The notes: generated from the letters alone by a model not told the origin. Counted from the first letter of the whole stretch, positions 26,888 to 39,330 are shown. The stretch: 49,693 nucleotides of DNA, filler included, from Catajapyx aquilonaris (GCA_000934665.2; 2 parts of 2 records of this genome joined end to end with filler, not necessarily neighbours in it), one strand, 5' to 3'. A program made the numbers and translations.

Positions 26888-27452
26888 CAGGGTGATCCAA
26901 CTACTTTATCGCCCCAACAGTTATTTAAAAAATCGCGTAAGTTGCTACTTGCTAAGAGTAGTTACTTTCTCGAGTATCTGGAATAGCACCTGCTGATATT
27001 AGGTCCAATGCCCATGTACCAATATTATTAATGACCTATTTATTAACAACAACAGGGTCTGTCTGGTTCGACGGATTGGCCCTCTGATTGGCAGCTAGTG
27101 ACCTCATCTGAATCCCTCCAGCGAACGCCAAAATGGGCCCTTTTGAAGGCCAACACATGAATCAGTTTGGAGATGAGTAAATAAAAGAGATGATGACACC
27201 TTTCCATTTCAGGGCCGCAACAGTTCGCTTCCGACCCCTCCCGATTGACCCATTTGGCGAGTCACAACCCGGCAGACGACCTGTTTCCCACGGGTGACCC
27301 CTTTTCCCCTCATTAATTGGTACATGATGGGCATTGGACCTAATATCATCAGTGCTATTCCAAATACTCGCGAAAGTAACTCTTAGCAAGTAGCTGCTTA
27401 AAAAGTAGCAGCTTACGCGATTTTTACAATAACTTAAATTTGGATCACCCTG
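26888..27452. mobile_element. Tc1/mariner-type MITE (CAGGGTGATCC ends) with long imperfect TIRs
   Basis: TA|CAGGGTGATCCAA ... TTGGATCACCCTG|TA. Inverted similarity extends roughly 140 bp (e.g. GATATTAGGTCCAATGCCCAT and ATGGGCATTGGACCTAATATC). Confidence 0.9.
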
Positions 27453-27612
27453 TATTAGCAGGTGGCCTATATTATTAGGTGAAATAAACGTCAATTCTAA
27501 TGCACTGTATGAGGGCTGTGAAACTATGAGCTAAATCATTATTACTCCAGTTCCAAATGGCTTGTTCGCAATACCTTAAGCTCGGATTTATTGCAATTCA
27601 GGGGCATACAAA

Positions 27613-28157
27613 CAGGCCCGGCGGAACGGGGGGGGGNAGGCAGGTGGCAGCACCAAGTGTATCACCTCAGATCACCTCAGTAATCACTTCCGATTTCATT
27701 CTAACCATGTTTTTTTCTAACGGCCGCGCTGTCACGCGGCCTTGTTTCATACAAAACTCACACCATCATGTAACACACATAGTCTTTGGAACTGTCCCAG
27801 ACGCTATACTGATCGGAAACACTCATCGAGAGGGGGAACACCAACTCAAAGGCCTCCATCTATCACCCTCTATAACGCCTAACCATCACATCTTTCTGCC
27901 CAGGGGCCGATCAGGAGCTCAAAAAATCATTTCTGCCTTTCCTTTCACCAATTTGCCAAACCACAATAAGGTTATTACTAGCCCACATCGCGGAGTAGAA
28001 AACCAGAAGCGGCCACAATGTCTTATGGGCATTTTCTGAACCATTCGCATTTCGGCATTTTTGTTAAGTCAAAAACGCTATGTACGCTTTGAAAACGAGC
28101 GGGGGGGGGGGGNCTGCCCCCCCCCCCCCCAAATAGAAATACGTTCCGCCGCCGTTG
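27613..28157. mobile_element. hAT-type MITE
   Basis: Perfect 8-bp TSD CATACAAA (27605-27612 and 28158-28165). Imperfect TIRs CAGGCCCGGCGGAACG and CGTTCCGCCGCCGTTG, with subterminal G/C runs. Confidence 0.85.
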
Positions 28158-28789
28158 CATACAAATGTTTCTACTCAACATAGTATTAGAAACCAATATT
28201 TTGGATAGTCCATAAAAGTAACTGCTGGAAAGTAACTCCTTACAAGATTAGTAAGGAACGCAACGTATAACGTGGAAAAATTCGAAACTGAAACGGACAC
28301 TTCAGTTGGAATTCATTGTGTTAATGTTAAACGTAGGTAAGACTCAATGCAGCTAGTTCCATGCGATTTCCACAGACAGCTCATAATGAACTTTTTATAA
28401 TGTATAAATTGAATGTTCTGTTTGCCATGTGAAATAAAATACAAGGTATTCATTTTACTAGGCCATATATCAATAAAGACTTGTACAGTATAAATTGTTC
28501 GCGCAAATTATTATCTTTCCTTCATCTTTGCAGCTGCAGAATGTTCCACGCCGTAAATCACTATAATCTGTAACACATTCTAGCTGGTGTGAAACATGCA
28601 TCCTCAGCTCACCTCCTAATCTTCATCAACTACTGATGACTGCATGTTTTGTCGGTAGTCTAATCTTGAGTCTAATACAAACCTATAAAGAGCCCGCCTA
28701 TTGTCCAAACCAATCATCAACTGCTGTGCAACACCCCCCGACCGAAAAGTCAGATTTACAATCTTGCCTAAGGAAAGTACTGTACAGTA

Positions 28790-30139
28790 GGGTGTAGCGT
28801 CATGGGCGATCTGGAGGCACATTTCAGGTTTTGTTAAGTGGACCTCCCAAACTTCAAATATGAAAATAAAGTTTTTTTCCGACAAGTGTAACACCCCCCT
28901 TTTTGACCTTGAAAATTGTTAAAATGTCCAACTTAGACCAATGTATGCTTACCAGCGACATGGTTGCGGACATATTGGTAAATGCATGACATAGGGAATC
29001 ACAGCTATGTCTCCTCTACTCCTGCGCCAAATTTGGTTGACAGGAAGCCAACAGCAAAGCCACAAAAAAATGGAATAGTGACCCCCCGCCAGTTCCGCGC
29101 AAGGCGATGCTCGTTTCCCAACTCCTCCCATTCTCGTCAGTAAAGAAGCACTACTGCTCCAGCTACTCCCAAAGAAAGGGTAGCAGACTAGCAGGGTTTG
29201 TCGAGATGATTAAGGCCACTGCCTCCCACCTCTGGGGACTTGAGTTCGAGTCCCGGCTAGGACTAAGGATGCGTGAAGGTGGTAACTGAAGCAAGCATCC
29301 GAGGCAGTTTACGGAAAGGAGGCAAGAGATGGCTATATTAGGTCAGTATGTAAATCCCGCGACTTTATGGCTTAATAAGAAGTAAGAAAGACTTTAATGT
29401 ACCCAATGTACCATTTCCTAAATAAACTGCACTCTGTACTTATGTAGCAGTGTATGACAGTGTATGTGCTTATTGCAAAAAGAAAATATTGATTAGACAA
29501 TTTTAAAAAATCTTTCATATCTGAGTGACTGCAACATACATTTATGGGCAAATGGCTATTTAAAGGATTTTCGCATGAAATGTTGCACTTATCCAAAAAA
29601 TTTCCTTTCATATTTGACTTTAGAAGATAAGTGTAACATTCGCTCAATGACGCTCATATATAGGCAAACTTAGTCCTAGCCGGGACTCGAACTCAAGTCC
29701 CCAGAGGTGGGAGGCAGTGGCCTTAATCATCTCGACAAACCCTGCTACTCTTTCTTTGGGAGTAGCTGGAGGAGTAGTGCTTCTTTACTGACGAGAATGG
29801 GAAGAGTTGGGAAACGAGCATCGCCTTGCGCGGAACTGGCGGGGGGTCACTATTCCATTTTTTTGTGGCTTTGCTGTTGGTTTCCTGTCAACCAAATTTG
29901 GCGCAGGAGTAGAGGAGACATAGCTGTGATTCCCTATGTCATGCATTTACCAATATGTCCGCAACCATGTCGCTGGTAAGCATTCATTGGTCTAAGTTGG
30001 GCATTTTAACAATTTTCAAGGTCAAAAAGGGGGGTGTTACACTTGTCGGAAAAAAAAATTTCTTTTCATATTTGAAGTTTGGGAGGTCCACTTAACAAAA
30101 CCTGAAATGTGCCTCCAGATCGCCCATGACGCTACACCC
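28790..30139. mobile_element. Fold-back non-autonomous element with about 480-bp near-identical arms
   Basis: Arms at 28788-29267 and 29669-30141 (including the flanking TA), ends TA|GGGTGTAGCGTCATGGGCG ... CGCCCATGACGCTACACCC|TA, and an AT-rich spacer of about 400 bp. The ORF track shows the same peptide on opposite strands. Confidence 0.92.
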
Positions 30140-30141
30140 TA

Positions 30142-30347
30142 ATGTGCAAGGTGCAGTGCAAAGTCTTATACGTGGCCATTTTTAGTGAATTCCCCCGGGT
30201 GGTTTAGTCTGTGGAAATACCACCCGAGACGAAGCCAGAGACGACCCAACTCTGCACGAGATGAAGGGGGTGTTCCCGGGCTGGGATCGAACCCGGGACC
30301 TTAACATCCGTGGGCGCATACGTTACCGCAGCGCCACTCCGTCACCC
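30142..30347 (-). mobile_element. tRNA-derived SINE family A, 3'-truncated copy
   Basis: Minus strand GGGTGACGGAGTGGCGCTGCGGTAACG...GGTTCGATCCC carries A- and B-box-like motifs. It is homologous to 37285-37640 and 38398-39502 and stops at the edge of the fold-back element. Confidence 0.88.
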
Positions 30348-30804
30348 AGAAGTGCCCTTTATACCGATAATATGCAACCAGACGCACTGACATGTGCCCT
30401 TGTTACAAAACAGCCTAATCTTCAAACCCCATTTTCAGCTGTGACAAATGTCCCTTTTGATGTACACTTTTCTCAGGATCTCAGAAACAATCCCCCTGCC
30501 ATCTAGTGATGATAACTCGAATATTATAAAAGAGTGACATGTGCCCTTTTTGCCAAAAGGGCTTCAATTATATTATTGGAGTGAACGGTAGATGATTTTC
30601 ATTTCGTGACTGTACTGCATTATGATGCAACAGCGGAAAGCCAGCCATTTCTAACCCCAACGGTTAATGACTCACCAGGTGTTATTTCATCGGTAGGCCT
30701 AATCTTGAGCGTTAGACGGATGTAACTTTTTTGTGTGTGTGTGAAGCAGTCATTAACCGACAGAACCAAATCAAAACACGGTACAAATCTTCCAATCGGA
30801 AATG

Positions 30805-31402
30805 CAGTAAAACTTGTATTTTAAGTCGAACTTCCCTAAGTCGCAGTTCTCTATAAGTCGAAGAAAATGATGAGCTTGGTTGGTCACAATGTAAAATAAT
30901 AGGAAATAAACTTCCCTAACTCGAATTTCTATAACTCGAAGTGCAGGCAGGGCCTTACGATGGGGTATCAATGCATTTTCAGTCTCCCTAAGTCCAAGTT
31001 CATGTTGGCGAGTACGGAAAATTGTCTCATTTCCCAGCCGAAGGGTCGAGAGTATGCCACATGTACAGAAAGGCTCAATGTCCTGATCTCCGTCTACCAG
31101 ACGTACAGAAAGAAGTGTTTGACTCGATTGTGACAATTGAATCCTTGAATCTAAGAGTAGGCAAATGTCCATACCGGAGTTTTTTTAAACACCAAAACAA
31201 CGAGGAACATTGTAAGCGTGATAGTGACCTATAGTTATTATTAAGTTTTGAACACCTTTCGTCGCTGGATGTAGAGGTAGGCTTCCTTATATTAATAGAG
31301 TTATGTGTTTTTAAAAGAATCCAAACTTCTCTAACTCGAATCTTCTATAACTCGAAGTTTTTTTCCGGTCCCATGGAGATTCGACTTATAGAAGTTTTAC
31401 TG
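30805..31402. mobile_element. pogo/Tigger-type MITE family B, copy 1
   Basis: CAGTAAAACTT...TAAGTCGAA and TTCGACTTATAGAAGTTTTACTG|TA, with repeated subterminal TAA(C/G)TCGAA motifs. A second copy lies at 41324-42503. Confidence 0.85.
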
Positions 31403-31923
31403 TACTAATGGGCAATTTAATAAAATACCGTATATAAAGTGATGAAAAATTTCTTTGCATATTTACACTAATAGAAAGAAATAAAGCAAAATAATACAAA
31501 GTAGGGTTGCCCAAAGTAGAAATAATGCAACTCTCAGAAGCAACATAAAATAAACAAATGCGGTTAATTCGAGGCGAACTGAACCGAAGCGGTAAACTCC
31601 ATCTCGAAACGCCCACTTTGGCATTGTAAGGAAAACCTCCACTTCACCCCATCCCTCCCTCCAGTCCATCCATCGAGAGCTACCAACATGACCGCAGAAC
31701 TCTCCCTCTGATGGGCTGACAGGTCCTGCTGCCATATTTCCACCTAGTTCGTAAAATGCTGTACTGATGCATATCTATGTCGAACAAAGGCAAATGTATA
31801 GCAATAACAATATGAAACAATTTAGGTTAGTCTGCAGGTGGGGTGTAGGTGGGTGGTAGGTGGTGCGGCAGCCATGTTGGAAGTTGGGTAGGCTGGCGGG
31901 AGAAGGAAGGGCGCGTCTCTCGG

Positions 31924-31961
31924 TCAGTCAGTGAGGACGTAGCCTACGTACCAGGTAGTCA
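31924..31961 (+). promoter_or_regulatory. Candidate TATA-less core promoter (Inr + DPE) of gene 2
   Basis: Overlapping TCAGT initiator motifs at 31924 and 31928. AGTCA (RGWYV) lies at 31957, which is +28 relative to A31930, and the ATG is 63 nt downstream of that A. Confidence 0.55.
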
Positions 31962-31992
31962 GCAGGTGCGGTGGCACATTCCGGAGGTCGAG

Positions 31993-32052
31993 ATGCGTGT
32001 CAGAGCCAGTTCTCTAGCTAAGCCACAGGGCATCCTCAAACTCTTGCAAGTG
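31993..32052 (+). CDS. Gene 2 exon 1, MARVEL/Snakeskin-like membrane protein
   Basis: ATG...GTG|gtgagt, phase 0, encoding MRVRASSLAKPQGILKLLQV. GILK..Q/E is typical of the start of MARVEL domains. Confidence 0.85.
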
Positions 32053-33878
32053 GTGAGTACCGTACATTAGCATTCCATAGGTGTTGACTCAAGTTTCAGA
32101 TGGGTTATGGTGGTGTAGGGAGGTACTTGAATTGCCTGTCAGGTGCCATATTGTGGTCGTTATGAACTTACGATGTGACATTCTTTCATTTGGGTGCTCG
32201 ATTGCGCGTAAATTTTCAGGGGGCAGATAACTTAGGTTACATTACATCCCAATTTCTACGAGTGATTATTCTTTTTATATACCCGTAGCTTAATCTTGGT
32301 ACATCTTAAGTCATGTGGCATGGTGTCATTTTTGCATGACTAAGGAGCGACAGCCAGGTCACTTAGGTTTATTTTATGCAAATTGGGTTTTTGTCACGAG
32401 TTTTGGCTTCTCATGCTTACTACGGCACAATAAAATGATTTGTCAACAATCTCGTGAGTTAGCGCTAAATTTTTTGATTAGTGTTTAATTGACTAAGAAA
32501 TTAACCCGTTTTAGCTGCTATTTATGTCTAAAGTTTTTCAAAAAAAAATGTCTGCATTTATATGTACTGCAGAATCTGAGTTACGTGCTAAGCAGATAAT
32601 GATTTAATTAGTCTCTGGAGATGTCCCAACGTAAAAGATTTTACGCGATATGCATGACTACACGCCATTTGAAGGGTCAGAAGGAGTTCTTTCGTGACAA
32701 ACCTATTCTGCGAAGGAGTTACTCACAAATAGCTACACTCTCATTATTTCCGCCGACTTCCTCGTATTATCGTAAAAGAGAATGCGCTGACAATAATAGC
32801 ACATGAAACTCTCAGGTCGACTGACAGCCTTGGATCTACTGAAAATGTAAGCACTTTGTAGTAGCAAATGCAAGAATATCTAACATAAAATGTAAATAAT
32901 TATTATTGAATGCATTTTGACGCGATTTTGAAATAAACGCCGATATGTACGTAATTAATATTCAATGTTACCTTGCACACCTGTGCATAATTATATAGTC
33001 ATTCCAGAAAATAATAATGACGAAAATACAAGATAGTCAAAATCTAAGGTGAGGCAGTCACAGCCATCGCGCCCACTGGCCAGCGAGTTTGAAGGTCAAG
33101 CGAAGAAAAACAGGCCCCTTCCTGTTGTAAAAACTAACTGACCTGACATAACTGCCATGCCAGTCAGCTTTTTCGTAACAAGACATTGAGGCTGACAGTG
33201 TTGCAAGAGTGAAATTGAATCTGATTTATCGTTTCAAAGATGTAGTTAAATATTCATAACCACACTGTTGACAATGTAAACTAAAGAATGTGTGTGTGTG
33301 TGAGGTCCGATGCTATAATTATGAAGGCATCCGAAGGGAGTGGCACGCTTTAAGAATTTTGCATCCAGTCATTCATTTTTTAAAACTCAGTGTTCTTATT
33401 TAACAAAGGTCAGGTATGGTTTTGAAATAAGATTTTGACGCACATATCAAGTTTAGTTATTGCAATTCTGAGTCGATTAAGTTGGGCTATTTATTACATT
33501 CCTTAATGTTGAAATAAATACGAGCTCTGAGTGCTCTTCTGGCCAAGACTGTCAGTTCAAGGTCAGATTCTGGAATGTTTACCTCAGCAATCAGTTTTAA
33601 ATGAAGCAACGATCCCGAAAGGGGAATGTGGCCCAGATTGTTGCTGCAAGCCTGTAAACTGGCTGATGGGGTACATAATTCATTAATACTTTCCCTGCAC
33701 TGGGTACTTAGGAATGCACCACCTGGTAATCTTTTCTGTAATATGCCGCAATAACTTACTTTGTACTGTTCAAGAGGTGTACTGTACCTTGTTAGAGAAG
33801 ACTAGAAAACAAGCTGGCGAACACCACCCTGTTTTTCAGTCTTCTGATTACTAAAAGTTCTTATTTGTGCTTACAAAT

Positions 33879-34125
33879 GAGGGGTGTGGTGGAATAAGGT
33901 GATAACCCTCATTTTTGTCATTTTTGACATGAACACCTAGCAACTATGTAAAACACATGACAATCAGTTTGGTATACTCCAAGTTCACGTATCATGCACG
34001 AGACGGCAACACGGACTAGATCAAAATCCGCATTCCCTATGATTTGTGAAGAGAATACAAACTTCAATTCGCTCTCCTGAAAAATTACACTTTTGTGGGT
34101 TATCAATTTTTCCACCACACCCCTC
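33879..34125. mobile_element. MITE with GAG...CTC ends (possibly Sola-type)
   Basis: TIRs GAGGGGTGTGGTGGAATAAGGTGATAACCC and GGGTTATCAATTTTTCCACCACACCCCTC. Flanks AAAT and AAAG may be a 4-bp TSD with one mismatch. Confidence 0.8.
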
Positions 34126-35824
34126 AAAGAAGTTAGTAACAGTAAATCTTTTCTCAGGTTTGACACCTAACTTTTACACAGCTTAGGCGTCCGATGTTTT
34201 TCCTGTAGTGATTTTTAAAATAAATCATTGCGCCTACAGCCTTGCTCATACTTATCTCGCACGTGTGCCTCAAATCTGCAATATTTAAGTCTAAGCTTAC
34301 TATCAAAGTGACTGAGCAATTAGTTGTCGTGAACAGAGCGAACTGAGCAGAAGGGGATTTAGTGCAGGAAATGCTTGAATGCGAGTAGCCAACTTGCCCT
34401 CCGCGCTGTAGAAGCAACTTTGCCCGTAGCGCAACATTTGACCACCAGCAAGCGTTAAAATCTCCCGCCAATTCCACTCACCTTCGTACAGTGCAGTGGT
34501 ATTTAAAAAAAAAAAAACTGTCTTGTACCCGCGCAAGGGACGGTACAATAACACTCGCCTCTCATTCCCCAACGGTAATTCAGTATATAGGTATGCTCGT
34601 AATTGAACTTATAAAAACTAACAGGTTTTGATACTAGCTATCTCCATCTAGCTGTAAGAAATCCGAAATTACCAGAATCAACTAGAGTAATTTTTCTATG
34701 AATATCGTAATAAAGACCCGATTGGTTCGAAAAGAAATGTACCAAATTCAACACCCTCCAGGCCTATATATCACCTTGATATCACCTTTTTCTTCCAGTC
34801 AATTTTGGAGCCCTCTACACTCTACAGTACCAGTCGATATCTCCGTGGCTATTTTTGTAGCAGTAGGCTACTACGTACTCACGAATAATGGCATGGCATC
34901 TACCCATTCAGTGCAGCACGATTTCAGATAAGAATTGGACATATGAAGGCAGCATATTCCAACCTACAAAACATTGCAAGACTATTTCTATCAACTCAAT
35001 CAATTATTTTACTCGTATACACCATGCATACAGGCATACAGTATAATCTATACTTTGATTAATTTACATTATTCGCTTTACCACCTCATCAGTCATTATA
35101 TTCAAATAGTCATATCTCCTATTAAAACCCACTCTTCCCAGATATAGGGCCAAGCTTACGTTCGCGTCATAAATATTCAAGAAGGTATGTGAGTGATTCT
35201 CATGAAAGTGTACAGAGTGACGTGTCCTGTTCCGCAGGAGGTCGAACATTTGTGAACCGACCAGCCTTACGCCCCGTGTAATTACTCAATTAAACTTAGT
35301 CGCTAGTATATTGTTATCTACCCGTTTAAAAAATACCGGCAGGAAAGTCTATAACTGTAAAATGATGCAATGATATGCGCAAATATTGGGAATTCGAGTG
35401 GTGTGTCATGATGCGAGAGTAGTACGTCCATATTTCTGTAATTTAAAGATTTAAAAAAAACTTTTATAAACCAATGCTGTTGACAACTCCTGAAAATTGT
35501 ATACAGTATACTGTATATGGGTATATTTTTTGGAACTCTTGCATTGGCATTGACATATTGGTCTAATTCTAAGCTGGTCGTTGCAGTGAAGTGGAGAAAG
35601 TCACTATTGACAGACTATGGCCACATGACAGGGCAGGACTTAAAACATAAGATGCTAGAGGTGGGAAAAGAGAGAAGATAGATTCTAAAATGATTCATAA
35701 AGGACAAATCATATGTTACGGAACGTAATAGTCATGTTCTCTCTCTCCGTGTTCTTCCAAAATTTAAAATAAATTATTAATAACAACGTAAAAATGCATG
35801 CTGTGGACTATGTTCCAAAAAGAT

Positions 35825-36175
35825 CGGGGAGGTGTGGTGGCCGAGATGGTAACGTCTCGGCTTGCTGAGTGAAAGGCCCTAGGTTCGATCTCCGCCTGGG
35901 GAACTTCCTTTCACCTGCGTCGGGAGGGTTTCTGACCTGCACCAAGGAGGTATCTGGCAACCTAACCTCCTGGGGGACTGCACATGGCCCAAAGGCTAGG
36001 ACAATGCACCTGCACAAGATAGTGTCCCCTCCCCAACAATCCCTTTCCCTACCCTATATCCCGAAAGTCCTTGCACGGAGATTGAAGTAAAATTGGAAAA
36101 TTGTCTCTAAAATGGTGGTAATCCACTCCCCTATAAACCCTAATCGGGTTATCACGGGGTAAAACAACAACAACG

Positions 36176-36213
<38 letters not shown>

Positions 36214-36239
36214 AATAATAATAATAATAATAATAATAA
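35825..36239 (+). mobile_element. tRNA-derived SINE family C, full length
   Basis: A-box TGGCCGAGATGG, B-box GGTTCGATCTC and an (AAC)n(AAT)n tail. TSD TCCAAAAAGAT (35814-35824) and TCCGAAAAGAT (36240-36250). Confidence 0.88.
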
Positions 36240-36789
36240 TCCGAAAAGATTATTGGTCAAGATGAACGGATGAGAGGGAGATGTATGAACCTATTCAGCT
36301 TATAAACAGCTTTTGAATGGCATGGATAAAGCACTAAAAACGCAAGCAAATCCCGTTACATTTATGGCTGTGGTACTTATTTGCAATGTAAAATATCCCT
36401 ACTGCGCAGCATAATGCCGTATTTTTACATCTCTGTGCATGTCATTGATCCCTAAGTAGCACGCGGACCCAATACATCCTAAATGGCGGGGATATATGCC
36501 AAGCGGTGTTCCCACAACGTGCCAACCTTAGTCCCCCCAAAAAACAGTGCATTAGAATTGTGTGTGTGTGCGTAAGTGTGTTGGCCACATATTCATTCCA
36601 ATACTCAGTTGACACCTGCTTACAACAGGGTCGCTATACTGTAGGCTACTTTCGACTTTAGCTCCGGTGGAAACATTTTTTTTGTTATACTGTACTACCT
36701 CCACTATCCTCTTCTGCATATATATTAATTTCTGCCTACAATATATTTCCCCTTATTGACAATTTTCTTCGAGTGTTCTTTACCCCATC

Positions 36790-36862
36790 ACCTCTGTAGT
36801 TCAATGGCAGAACGCATCCCTGTGATGGGGGTGAAACCTGGGTTCGATTCCCAGCAGAGGAA
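36790..36862 (+). ncRNA. tRNA-like cloverleaf (GTG in anticodon position); pseudo-tRNA or minimal SINE
   Basis: Acceptor CCTCTG/CAGAGG, D arm GTTC-AATGGCA-GAAC, imperfect anticodon arm CATCC-CTGTGAT-GGGGG, T arm CTGGG-TTCGATT-CCCAG. Confidence 0.6.
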
Positions 36863-37284
36863 GGGTTTCAGGCACTGCTAATATTTCCTGTTCTTATGCT
36901 ATGCATTTGTCATGCAGTATGCATAATAAGCTACTCTACTGTACGTATACCCAGTATGAATTGGGCAACATGAGACAACTTTGCAATTTATTTTAAAAAC
37001 TGGACGCGATTCTGAGCCTGCAGAATGATAACGATGACATTTTGATAGTGCTGACATCTGACTAGGTTTTTACATAACTGCATTAATCGAAAGTACAGTA
37101 CTGTACATTGTTGGTTGAATGAAGACGGATGGGAGGAAAGATTTCCGAGAACAGTTGACCCTTCCACGTTTATTCTGCTACGGATTGTTATAAATATAGT
37201 CACCATTATGCTCTCGACTGATAAAATAGGTCGGGCGCGAGATATGACACAATTGTGCTGGTTCTCAGTGTGCTTATACGGTAT

Positions 37285-37640
37285 TAATTAATTTAATTGG
37301 GGTTAGTGCACCGCCCATTGAGGGCATCTGGCACGATACCTTTATTTCGCTTTTAGATGTACAGCTACATTTTTGGTCCATTTCCGTAACGCCCGGGTAC
37401 CGCGAGCGATATAGGGGATGACAGGAGGGGATGTGCAAAGTGCAAGTGCAATGTCTCATGTGGTACATTTTGTGAACTCCCCCGGGTGGCTTAGTCTTTC
37501 GGAAATGCCACCCGAGACGAAGCCAGAGGTGACCCAATGAACTCTGCACGAGATGAAGGGGGTGTCCCCGGGCTGGGATCGAACCCGGGACCTTAACATC
37601 CGTGGGCGCATACGTTACCGCAGCACCACTTCGCCTCCCT
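37285..37640 (-). mobile_element. tRNA-derived SINE family A, full-length copy
   Basis: A/B-box head at 37640 and AT-rich tail at about 37285-37298. TSD of about 20 bp, TCAGTGTGCTTATACGGTAT (37265-37284) and TCAATGTGCTTATACTGTAT (37641-37660), matching at 18 of 20 positions. Confidence 0.9.
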
Positions 37641-37700
37641 TCAATGTGCTTATACTGTATACACATGGTGTTTATTCCGACTACCTTCTAAGGTCTAAGG

Positions 37701-37956
37701 CAGTGGTTTCCAACCGGTGGGTCGCGGGGGGGGGGGGGGGGGNNNNNNNNNNNNNNNNNNNNNNNNNNNNNNNNNNNNNNNNNNNNNNNNNNTTTCTGTG
37801 TCAATTGAACCATTTTTGCAGCCGTACAGAGGGTATGTTTTCTGGAAAGGGGGCAGTTGTAGGAGGGGCCGGGGGACGGGAGGAAGGGGGGGGGGGGTCG
37901 CACATTTATGGAAACATGTTTAGGGGTCACAGTTGGTAAAAGGTTGGAAACCACTG
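37701..37956. mobile_element. hAT-Charlie-type MITE (contains an N gap)
   Basis: TIRs CAGTGGTTTCCAACC and GGTTGGAAACCACTG. 8-bp TSD GTCTAAGG and ATCTAAGG. Confidence 0.9.
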
Positions 37957-38450
37957 ATCTAAGGTGAACTCTTGCGGAAAATATAGGATCGCTTCATGTA
38001 GAGAGGTCACTACTTGGTCGCTTGGCGGTATACGTACCCCCGCGAGCATAAAGATGGAGACGGCAGGCCCTTTTTTGACCTTTCTTTATCAGACTCAAAT
38101 TAATGAACTATTTGTACCTCCAAGCGACCATGCCGTTTTTAATTTTAATTTTAGGTGTTACTATCTTGATTAGCATGCAATTTAAACTGAAGTTACGATC
38201 TCATTAGGTGTACGGTACGGTATATCAGGCAGTGGTCGAGTCGATGGAAATGTCGCAGGCTGAATCTACGACATAGCAGCATTGTTTAACGAACTCTTTG
38301 TTTAGCGTTAATTACCTGGGTAACCAGGGCAGTGACCTTTAAAATAAAGTGATCCACTGGTGACCAAGGAGTTCACCAAGGAGTAGTTTGTCAGACTGGG
38401 GCGGCGGAGTGGCTCTGCGGTAACGTATGCGCCCACGGATGNNNNNNNNN

Positions 38451-38954
38451 GGGGGGGGGGGGGGAAACGAAAATCCGGACTTCTTCGAGTTCCAACTCTG
38501 GCCGAAAGAGGAGACAGTGGATCCCACCCTCCCTACACAAAAGAATGGTCGCGTTTGCGGTTGACCATTCCCTCTAGGCACAATAAAACCCGTGAAAATT
38601 AGGGTTCCCCCAGCTTCTAGTTATCTAGTAGTTCTCAAATCAGTCAAATTTTGACAAAATTATTATTTGCCGAAAGGTTGTAGCTAAATATAAAAATCGG
38701 CTTCACGGGTCCGGAGCACCTCATTTTTCCGCATTTTTGGGTGCTTGTTACGACATCACTTAAAATTTTTACGACGGCGTAATTTACTCCCGAATGCAAA
38801 TTACTTTTTAAAATACTACAATAAGAATATGGGAAAAGTACATCACACATGTGTAAAAGAGAGGTCAGTTACACTTACACACACACAAAAAAAAATCGGT
38901 TCTGCTGTTGTTAGTTAGCGAGAACTTTACTCCCAAATTCTCTTTATCCCCCCC
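38451..38954. mobile_element. TTAA-targeting non-autonomous element with G-run/C-run ends (Kolobok-like)
   Basis: It sits at the GGATG-TTAA-GGTCC site that is uninterrupted in the other two SINE copies and ends CCCCCCC|TTAA. The left junction is hidden by Ns (38442-38450). Confidence 0.7.
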
Positions 38955-39254
38955 TTAAGGTCCCGGGTTCGATCCCAGCCCGGGGTTCCCCGCTTCATCT
39001 CGTGCAGAGTTGGATCGTCTCTGGCTTCGTCTCGGGTGGAATTTCCTATAGACTAATCAACCTGGGGGAGCTCTCAAACTATGTACCATGTTAGAGAAAT
39101 TGCACTCCACATTGCACATCCCTTCCCAGTCACCCTTCCCTCGCTCGAGGTACCCGGGCGTTACGGAAAAGGACCAATAATAAGCTTGTACTTTAAAAAG
39201 CAATAAAGGTACCGTGCCAGATGCCCATTAAATAATGAGGCGGTGCACTAACCC

Positions 39255-39330
<76 letters not shown>

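Noticed and set aside
28511..28566. Strong polypyrimidine acceptor TTATCTTTCCTTCATCTTTGCAG as an extra exon
   Set aside because: The phase-0 frame closes after ten codons, and I found no matching donor or homology.
28949..29979. Duplicated peptide ORFs on opposite strands (GKRASPCAELAGGHYSIF)
   Set aside because: They are a by-product of the inverted arms of the fold-back element.
36054..36260. Poly-Leu signal-peptide-like ORF
   Set aside because: It is the translation of the SINE microsatellite tail.
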